A DNA stretch of 63,151 nt, filler included, from Octopus bimaculoides (taxonomy: Eukaryota), in NCBI RefSeq assembly GCF_001194135.2. It is 6 parts of 6 records of this genome, joined end to end, with 100 filler letters (N's around TTAATTAATTAA, not from the genome) between each part and the next. Parts side by side here need not be neighbours in the genome. Positions count along the whole stretch, not along the records: positions 1 to 6,869 come from NC_068984.1; positions 6,970 to 9,158 come from NC_068988.1; positions 9,259 to 38,782 come from NC_069006.1; 3 more parts are not named here. The stretch is one strand, 5' to 3'. Numbering within the stretch: position 1 is the first letter of the stretch; each line of letters starts with the position of its first letter. Below the pieces are notes generated by a model. The model saw only the letters and a list, made by a program, of their open reading frames with translations. It ran no database searches and was not told where the DNA came from. Below are positions 1 to 9,722 of the stretch, in pieces. Made by a program: the position numbers and the translations under genes.

Positions 1-294
1 CAGACAGACAGACAGACACACATTCTCATTTTTATATATATAGATATACCCGGTGGGGCCTGTGTGTATGTGTGTCTTTGTATGTGTTTATCACTCCCAC
101 CACTTGACAGTCTGTGTCGGTGAGTTCACGTCTCCGTAACTGAGTGGTTCGGCAACAGAGAACGATAGTATGAGTACCATGCTTTATAAGTAAGTTCAGG
201 AGTCGATTTATTTGACTAAACTTTTCAAGCCAGTGCCCCAGCATAGCCACAGTTTAATAACTGAAACAAGTAAAAGATAAATTATATATGTGTG

Positions 295-326
<32 letters not shown>

Positions 327-698
327 AGTCCCCAAAAGAATTACTTGCAATTATTCACGTAACATATGGATACATATGTATTTACGTGTCTATGTATTTA
401 CATGTGAGTGTGTGAGCGCGTGTATATACACATACAGTATATATGTGTCTATTATATGTAAGTGTACCTGTGTTAACGTTCCTTTGTGTGTGCGTTTGTG
501 TGTCAATGTGTGCGTGTGTGTGTCAATGTGTGCGTGTGTGTGTGTTTGTGTTGGAATATATGTGGGAGAGAATAAGGCTCAGAGTCAGACAGTCATATAG
601 TGTACATGTGTTTCTGTGTGTATGTGTGTATGAATGTGAGACACGTAGAAGCATATACACACACCCATATACTTGTGTGTGTGTGTATACACAGACAC

Positions 699-737
<39 letters not shown>

Positions 738-2060
738 NNNNNNNNNNNNNNNNNNNNNNNNNNNNNNNNNNNNNNNNNNNNNNNNNNNNNNNNNNNNNNN
801 NNNNNNNNNNNNNNNNNNNNNNNNNNNNNNNNNNNNNNNNNNNNNNNNNNNNNNNNNNNNNNNNNNNNNNNNNNNNNNNNNNNNNNNNNNNNNNNNNNNN
901 NNNNNNNNNNNNNNNNNNNNNNNNNNNNNNNNNNNNNNNNNNNNNNNNNNNNNNNNNNNNNNNNNNNNNNNNNNNNNNNNNNNNNNNNNNNNNNNNNNNN
1001 NNNNNNNNNNNNNNNNNNNNNNNNNNNNNNNNNNNNNNNNNNNNNNNNNNNNNNNNNNNNNNNNNNNNNNNNNNNNNNNNNNNNNNNNNNNNNNNNNNNN
1101 NNNNNNNNNNNNNNNNNNNNNNNNNNNNNNNNNNNNNNNNNNNNNNNNNNNNNNNTTTTTTCTAAATTTTGTTTTTTTAAGTCATATTTCTATTTTATTG
1201 TTTTTCTGGCCTTCCTTTACGTTTCATTGTTCTTTTTGGTTTGTTTTGCTCTTTATGTATCTTTTTTTGTTTTTCATCTTCTGTATTCGAAGTGTATTTA
1301 TACAATTTTCCAACTGCATCGAAGAACGAAAGGTAAATATATTTGCAATGAGATTCTCTGGTTAAAAGGGATAAAGTTCAAGAACTACAAAGGCAGTGCA
1401 AGTCGCAACCACATGGCAGTCTCGTGGTAAACTCGTAGCATCCTCGTGACGATCTTGTGGCAAAATTTATAAAAAGAACTTGCCACTTCTCTTTCATCAA
1501 TACAAGCTTTATCAAATACATACCAATACTATGAAGTTATCGATTTCATTGATTTTCATATCATCCCCATACACATATACATATAAGAAGTTAATCGATA
1601 CACAAGGATATCGAATACTCGAATTTTGTCTTGTAACATATAACAAGTATAGCTGTCCCTTTCAATTGTTGATTTCCCAGTCCAGTGAAAATGTTCATGC
1701 ATACATACATACATACATACATACATACATACATACATACATACATACATTCATACATACATACATAGACAGACAGACAGACAGATACATATTCCTTTAT
1801 TCTTTTAATCTTTTATTTGTTTCAGTCATTTGACTGCGGCCATGCTGGAGCACCGCCTTTTGTCGAACAAATCGACCCCAGGACTTATTCTTTGTAAGCC
1901 TAGTTAGTACTTATGTTATCGGTTCTTTTGCCGAACCGCTAAGTTACGGGGACGTAAACACACTAACATTGGTTGTCAAGCGATGGAGCGGGTACAAATA
2001 CAGATACACAAACATAGACAAGCATACATATACATACATACATATATACATACATACATG

Positions 2061-2114
<54 letters not shown>

Positions 2115-3080
2115 NNNNNNNNNNNNNNNNNNNNNNNNNNNNNNNNNNNNNNNNNNNNNNNNNNNNNNNNNNNNNNNNNNNNNNNNNNNNNNNNNNNNNN
2201 NNNNNNNNNNNNNNNNNNNNNNNNNNNNNNNNNNNNNNNNNNNNNNNNNNNNNNNNNNNNNNNNNNNNNNNNNNNNNNNNNNNNNNNNNNNNNNNNNNNN
2301 NNNNNNNNNNNNNNNNNNNNNNNNNNNNNNNNNNNNNNNNNNNNNNNNNNNNNNNNNNNNNNNNNNNNNNNNNNNNNNNNNNNNNNNNNNNNNNNNNNNN
2401 NNNNNNNNNNNNNNNNNNNNNNNNNNNNNNNNNNNNNNNNNNNNNNNNNNNNNNNNNNNNNNNNNNNNNNNNNNNNNNNNNNNNNNNNNNNNNNNNNNNN
2501 NNNNNNNNNNNNNNNNNNNNNNNNNNNNNNNNNNNNNNNNNNNNNNNNNNNNNNNNNNNNNNNNNNNNNNNNNNNNNNNNNNNNNNNNNNNNNNNNNNNN
2601 NNNNNNNNNNNNNNNNNNNNNNNNNNNNNNNNNNNNNNNNNNNNNNNNNNNNNNNNNNNNNNNNNNNNNNNNNNNNNNNNNNNNNNNNNNNNNNNNNNNN
2701 NNNNNNNNNNNNNNNNNNNNNNNNNNNNNNNNNNNNNNNNNNNNNNNNNNNNNNNNNNNNNNNNNNNNNNNNNNNNNNNNNNNNNNNNNNNNNNNNNNNN
2801 NNNNNNNNNNNNNNNNNNNNNNNNNNNNNNNNNNNNNNNNNNNNNNNNNNNNNNNNNNNNNNNNNNNNNNNNNNNNNNNNNNNNNNNNNNNNNNNNNNNN
2901 NNNNNNNNNNNNNNNNNNNNNNNNNNNNNNNNNNNNNNNNNNNNNNNNNNNNNNNNNNNNNNNNNNNNNNNNNNNNNNNNNNNNNNNNNNNNNNNNNNNN
3001 NNNNNNNNNNNNNNNNNNNNNNNNNNNNNNNNNNNNNNNNNNNNNNNNNNNNNNNNNNNNNNNNNNNNNNNNNNNNNNNN

Positions 3081-3660
3081 NAAGACGGGAGTCTGGATGG
3101 ACCCTGTGCAAGGACAATCAGAACACAGACAGATGTTGTAAAGAGTGACCAGTAGAGCGGAAATGGCGCGAAACCGGGGTGTCGTTGCCGAGTTGGATGT
3201 CTCGGAGGTGTTCCGCGAACCGGTCAGCCAAGTGGCGTCCCGTTTGACCGATATATAGAGAAGAGCAGAGAGAGAGCAGGATATGAAGTAGATGACGTTA
3301 CTAGAAGTGCAGGTGAAGAAGTCAGTGAATATGATAGGGTCGATGATGGGTGCCTGTGAGGAGTGTGGTGTTGGAGAGGTAAGGGCAGGTGCGACAGAGT
3401 GGGCGGGATCAGGGGAACTAGCTGGGCTGGGAGGTTGGGTTAGGGAAGAAGCTGTGGACCAAGAGGTTTCATAGTTTGTGGGCTCGTTTGAAGGAGGGGA
3501 GGGGTCGGTTAGGGAATATGTGCGAAGTGGAGGGGTCGGGCTGGAGTTGCCGGAAGGCTCGGAGAATGGTGCGTTGGAGAGGTAGGGTGGTGGGGTGGTA
3601 GGTGAGGGGATACGGGAGACGTGTGACAGCGGGGCGGGTGCAGGGGGAGAGAGCAGATGC
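3081..3660 (-). mobile_element. Penelope-like retroelement fragment (Cys linker + GIY-YIG endonuclease), frameshifted
   Basis: Across frames: ..LQRTILRAFRQLQPDPSTSHIFPNRPLPSFKRA..CRTCP..FTCTSSNVIYFISCSL..LYI-GQTGRHLADRFAEHLRDI..TPVSRHF. This is the GIY-YIG signature of Penelope-like elements. Confidence 0.8.
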
Positions 3661-4003
3661 ATGGTCCACGGAAGTGCTCTATGTTTATATATGTGCGTGT
3701 GTAACATATGGTATAATTATAAACAGGGCAAATTTTAGCCAATTTAGCAGACTGGAAAAAATGATGAACAACCTTAATCGATTTTCGAACCTTATTGGGT
3801 TCTCGTCAGAGGTGTCCCCATCATTCTGACAGTCTTCAGAGAAACAAGCTGCCAAACTGTTTATATACTCAACAAATGCAGCAGTTACTCTATGAAGGAG
3901 TCCCTCATTTGAATACTGAAAGTGTTTAACACTATAAATACCAGTGGCCTGTCAACGGGAAACTTATTCCACATCTATATTTGTATACTTTGTGTATGTA
4001 TGC

Positions 4004-4051
<48 letters not shown>

Positions 4052-4879
4052 NNNNNNNNNNNNNNNNNNNNNNNNNNNNNNNNNNNNNNNNNNNNNNNNN
4101 NNNNNNNNNNNNNNNNNNNNNNNNNNNNNNNNNNNNNNNNNNNNNNNNNNNNNNNNNNNNNNNNNNNNNNNNNNNNTATTTATTTATGTATGTATGTATG
4201 TGTCTATGTACGTGTATGTATGCGTGTTTATATGTATGTATGTATGTATGCATAAGTGTTTGTGTGTGTGCGCGCGTGTGCGTGTGTGCGTGTGTGTGTG
4301 TGTAAACATAACTTTATCTTTTACTTGTTTCAGTCATTAGACTGCGGCCATGCTGTCACTTCACCTTGAAGAATTTTAGTTGAATGAATCGACTCCAGTA
4401 TTCATTTTTCTCTTTTTTAAGCCTGGTACTTATTCTATCAGTCACTTTTGCCGAAACGCTATGTCTTGTGGCTGTAAGCACACCAACACCGTTTTCAAGC
4501 GGGGTGTGTGACATTCACAGAAACAAATTCACACATACATACGACATACATTCGCATATATATGGTATCGTGCAGTGGGATTGAAACCAGAATCATGGAG
4601 TTGAAAAGCAAACTCCTTACCACAAAGCCACAACACATGTATATGGGACAACTTTTCTCTTAGGCACATTACATTAAAAAACACGACTATGTTCCAGTTT
4701 AACTGTCATTAGCGCTTGGCGTATTGCCTTATAAACAACACTTATGTCAATACTATTAGCTGAGCCGCACAAACAATAGAATCTATTGAATTCTGTGGCA
4801 TCTTATGGCATTTCTCTATTCATATTTTGATCTCTCTCGCTGGCGATGTTAAAGACAGCTGCAGTGTTGCAGTACCACT

Positions 4880-5261
4880 GTTGTTGGCACTCCGTCTCTT
4901 ACGACGTCGAGGGTTCCAGTTGATCCGATCAACGGAACAGCCTGCTCGTGAAATTAACGTGCAAGTGGCTGAGCACTCCACAGACACGTGTACCCTTAAC
5001 GTAGTTCTCGGGGATATTCAGCGTGACACAGTGTCACAAGGCTGACCCTTTGAATTACAGGCACAACAGAAACAGGAAGTAAGAATGAGAGAAAGTTGTG
5101 GTGGAAGAGTACAGCAGGGTTCGCCACCATCCCCTGCCAGAGCCTTGTGGAGCTTTAGGTGTTTTCGCTCAATAAACACTCACAACGACCGGTCTGGGAA
5201 TCGAAACCGCGATCCTATGACCGCGAGTCCTCTGCCTTAACCATTGGGCCATTGCGCCTCC
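4880..5261 (-). mobile_element. tRNA-headed SINE (second family)
   Basis: Minus-strand head GGAGGCGCAATGGCCCAATGGTTAAGGCAG..GGTTTCGATTCCC. Related fragments at 37740-37910, 39085-39245 and 44410-44645. Confidence 0.75.
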
Positions 5262-6077
5262 ACGCAGTACCACTATATAAGCCAATACATGCAAAGCATA
5301 TCGGAGACCAAACCATTCTCATGGGAGCTTGCAAGTATATTTTCCCATGCTCTCCACTCGGTATTTCCTGAAATGTAAGTGGCCATAAATATCTCAGTAA
5401 AAGACCACACTGATAGCATCACACCGAGAACTTCCTGACAAAGTACCGTTGTCAATAATAATAAAGGTAATAAGCTTTTGCATCATCTTGGTTTCAATTT
5501 AGATACGATTCTCTTGGGATTGAGGGTGCTACAAAGATAATACCAAGATCTGGCGCTTCTTGGTCGGTTGAATAAATTCCCTCCAAATTCACTTCTGAAT
5601 TACTTAGCCTACTACCTCTTACTCGTATTGCAGACGGTGTTTGCTATGGTGTCGAAATTGCTGGAACAGCCCATCCAACTGTGCTCGAACGATTTCTTTC
5701 TCATCGTGTATATATGCATGTGTGTAAGCGTGTATGCGTGTGTGTATGTGTGTGCGCGCGCGTGTATGTATATGTGTGTGTGTATTTGTATTTATGTATG
5801 CATGTATATATGCATGTATGTCACATACATAGAACTAGGCAAATGTAGGTCCTACAAATAAATAGACCAACAGACGTAAGACAGACCTGAAATACAGAGA
5901 GAATATCATTGATGAGATTGCAAATGGCGAAGGAAGGACTGTGACAAACCTAACTGATTAATTAATTAACCGAACGATTTATCAAACAATTGATTAATTG
6001 GTTAAATAATGAAGAAGTGAAAATTTTTTATACATATGCATGGCTGAGTGGTAAAAAGCTTGCTTTGCAGCCACATG

Positions 6078-6245
6078 GTAGAGGTGGCTGTGTGGTAAGT
6101 AGCTTGCTTACAAACCATATGGTCCCGGGTTCAGTCCCACTGCGTGGCATCTTGGGAAAGTGTCTTCTACTATAGCCTCGGGCCGACCAAAGCCTTGTGA
6201 GTGGATTTGGTAGACGGAAACTGAAAGAAGCCTGTCGTATATATG

Positions 6246-6314
<69 letters not shown>

Positions 6315-6522
6315 CTATGTATGTGTGTATGTGTTTGTCCCCCCAACATCGCTTGACAACCGATGCTGGTGTGTTTATGTCCCCGTTACCTAGCGGTTCG
6401 GCAAAAGAGACCGATAGAATAAGTACTAGGCTTCTAAAGAATAAGTCCTGGGGGTCGATTTGCTCGACTAAAGACGGTGCTCCAGCATGGCCACAGTCAA
6501 AAGACTGAAACAAGTAAAAGAG
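6078..6522 (+). mobile_element. Near full-length tRNA-headed CORE-type SINE with internal microsatellite
   Basis: Head GTGGCTGTGTGGTAAG..GGTTCAGTCCC, CORE-like GGCATCTTGGGAAAGTG, internal (TA)n/(TATG)n, tail ..CTGAAACAAGTAAAAGAG. Many further copies or fragments, e.g. 1800-1990, 24460-24860, 28548-28915, 46270-46890, 49190-49610, 52360-52760. Confidence 0.8.
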
Positions 6523-6834
6523 AGTATATAACATTAAATCAGAGTTGTTAGAAATCAATACTTGTGGTTTAGAGTAGAGCGTCAGGAAAGTATAGAGCGT
6601 AACATAAATTAATGAATCACAACAGGAAAAGAGTTAGGTAGTCAATTTCATTACTTTTCAGCTATTTCAACTATAGGAGACATTGCAGCCAGAACCGAGT
6701 GTTTGTGCGACATCTTACAGCTTTCTCGGGGGCATTAGATAGATAGAGAGATAGATAGATAGATAGAGAGAGAGAGAGTGAGAGAGAGAGAGAGAGAGAG
6801 AGAAAGATAGATATACACACACACGTATATATTT

Positions 6835-6869
<35 letters not shown>

Positions 6870-8938
6870 NNNNNNNNNNNNNNNNNNNNNNNNNNNNNNN
6901 NNNNNNNNNNNNNTTAATTAATTAANNNNNNNNNNNNNNNNNNNNNNNNNNNNNNNNNNNNNNNNNNNNATATATATATATATATATACGACGGGATCCT
7001 TTCAGTTTCCGTCTACCAGACCCACTCACAAGGCTTTGATCGGCCCGAGGCTATAGTAGGAGACACTTGCCCAAGATGGCCACGCAGTGTGACTGAACCT
7101 GGAAACATGTGATTGGGAAACAGACGTATTACCACACATATATCTATGTACACATACACACAAACATATACACATTCACACACAAATGGATATTTAGTTG
7201 TCTAATTTGCTTTAGCTACCACGGCGAAGGCCATGATGGGCCATCAACCCTAAAATCTATGTGAGAGTGTTCGTATGCATAGCATCTTTCTTTGTTCCTC
7301 GATATCTATCAATTTACATCCGTATCTATGTTCTCTCCCACTCATGCGCCACGCACAAACATGAAGCTTATAAAGTACTTGATAGCCCCTCAGTCATACA
7401 GATATGCAATTATATGCAATGTTTGTTTGTCCATTGGTACCTTCATATGTTTAGATCGCCTGGATATTTTTCTTGATTTTTGTTTTGGTGGAGGAAGAGA
7501 TAGGAGTGTTTGGTGGTGGTAATGGTTGATGGCGGTGGTTATGATAGTTAGGGGGCTAGGGGTTGCAGAGTTGAAGTGGGGAGTGTCGGAAGACAGTTAA
7601 AAAAAACTCTTACCAGTCAATGTGTTATAATCATTCACCGTTGTTGCTCGAGTGNNNNNNNNNNNNNNNNNNNNNNNNNNNNNNNNNNNNNNNNNNNNNN
7701 NNNNNNNNNNNNNNNNNNNNNNNNNNNNNNNNNNNNNNNNNNNNNNNNNNNNNNNNNNNNNNNNNNNNNNNNNNNNNNNNNNNNNNNNNNNNNNNNNNNN
7801 NNNNNNNNNNNNNNNNNNNNNNNNNNNNNNNNNNNNNNNNNNNNNNNNNNNNNNNNNNNNNNNATATATATTATGTGTGTAAGTGTGTGTATGTTCATGT
7901 GCATGTATATGTATGTATACATGCATGTATGCAAGTATGTATGTATGTTTGTATATGTATATAAGTATGGCTGTGTGTGTGTCTATGAATGTAAATTTAT
8001 ATGTGCATGTTTGTATGTATGTAAGCATGTATGAATGCGAGTGTATGGTCTTTGAGTTTTGCTTTATCTCAATATTTTTAAAAATTGTTCAACCATAGCG
8101 AAAGAGCTGGTTTCTTTCCCAGAAGCAAATCTCTATAAATGGAACTTAGATAACAAGGTAGTTATGTATGTATGTATGATTGTGTATGGTCTGACCGTCG
8201 GTGACTAAACCGGCAACCTTACAAAGCTTGCTCGGTGTGAAGGGTAACAAAAACAAAATCTTTCAACGGGTGGATGAACTCAGTAAAGTCATCGGTCATC
8301 TGACAGCTGGGAGGGAGAGACTCCTATTCTTTGTTAGACATCTCTCTAGCAGAAGGAAAACTCTGATGTAACATCTGCGATTTGGTTTGCATCAGCGATG
8401 TTGACTAATTTTTCTTTATGGGCAAATGCACACATTGTTTAGAGAATGGGATTGGCCTTATGCAAGGCCTTTATTCACATTAAAAAAGCGTAAGGCACAG
8501 GCATTGACTGATTTTCAGCATCTCTATTATATGTTGCATATTATGGCTGTCCGTTGCTGAAGAAAGCAAAATGCTCAATAAGATATTCCATGATGGAATG
8601 AATGTATGTGTCTGCGTGGGTGGTAAGCTCTTTGAGCAGCTGTTGCAAAATGTACCTATCATTGCCGCATTATATGCAAATGAGGGTAGGTCCCTAACGG
8701 AACTGAAAAGTTAGATCCGTGATGCTTGCAACTGTCGTGTATGTATATGTGTGTTAGTGTGTGTGTGTATAGCTGAAAGTACATCTACGGTACTCCTTAA
8801 CAATGATCCAAAGATGACCTTTTTCTCTTGCGTTTTTCTATCAACATTGGTGTCCAAAGAGCAGCTGATTTCCACAATAGAACATATCTCATCCTAGTAA
8901 GTATGTATGTATGTATGTATGTATGTATGTATGTGTGT

Positions 8939-8986
<48 letters not shown>

Positions 8987-9360
8987 ATGTATGTATGTAT
9001 GTATGCGGGTGGACACAACAAGTTCGATTAGTCAAGGATTTCACTCCGCTGCCATGAAGTTATGGGTTTTGATCTCGCCCCGGATCATTATGTCTGGTCT
9101 GTTGCGCTTATGACCGATATTCTTTCATATTATGTGTATGTATGTATACATAATGGGGNNNNNNNNNNNNNNNNNNNNNNNNNNNNNNNNNNNNNNNNNN
9201 NNTTAATTAATTAANNNNNNNNNNNNNNNNNNNNNNNNNNNNNNNNNNNNNNNNNNNNAATCTGAATGTTAAAGGATTGAATTACTTTAAAATAGAAAGT
9301 TTGTATCACAAAATTCAGGCAGTCTTGGCTGGCTGGTATCAAAAGGAGTTAAAAGCAAAT

Positions 9361-9553
9361 CATCATCATCATCATCATCGTTTAACGTCCGCTTTCCATG
9401 CTAGCATGGGTTGGACGATTTGACTGAGGACTGGTGAAACCGGATGGCAACAACCAGGCTCCAATCTGATTTGGCAGAGTTTCTACGGCTGGATGCCCTT
9501 CCTAACGCCAACCACTCAGAGAGTGTAGTGGGTGCTTTTACGTGTCACCCGCA

Positions 9554-9555
<2 letters not shown>
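9361..9555 (+). mobile_element. Short interspersed repeat with (CAT)n end (SINE/LINE-derived, third family)
   Basis: CATCATCAT..TTTAACGTCCGCTTTCCATGCTAGCATGGGTTGG..GCTGGATGCCCTTCCTAACGCCAACC. Related copies at 10400-10590 (-), 16802-16940 (+), 17603-17745 (-), 33290-33420 (-). Confidence 0.65.
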
Positions 9556-9593
<38 letters not shown>

Positions 9594-9722
9594 CTCCTTA
9601 ACAAACTTATTGAACGGTGTTAGTTTGTAATATTCATCTTTCAAAAATGAAACTGCATATCTTATTTCTAGTCAGTAAAAAGGGAAAAAGGAATAATAGA
9701 TTAAAAATTTTATCAAGCTCAC

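Noticed and set aside
443-3707. Long ORFs in the supplied track (e.g. 587 aa at 1944-3707, and those at 22375-23123, 42211-43113, 51425-52142)
   Set aside because: They stay open only because of N runs and (TA)n/(CA)n/(TATG)n repeats. The only real coding signal is the Penelope fragment listed separately.
5200-5261. tRNA-like sequences at SINE heads (also ~6080, 13800, 14115, 33140)
   Set aside because: They have boxes A and B but no complete cloverleaf, and continue into SINE bodies.
6914-6925. TTAATTAATTAA embedded in N runs (also 9203, 38827, 41156, 59979)
   Set aside because: The identical 12-mer always sits inside gaps and gives stops in all six frames. It is an assembly linker, not a genomic motif.
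1180-9700. Further WDR75 exons
   Set aside because: No segment resembling the next WD repeats with plausible splice sites was recognised; they may lie in gaps or outside the window.
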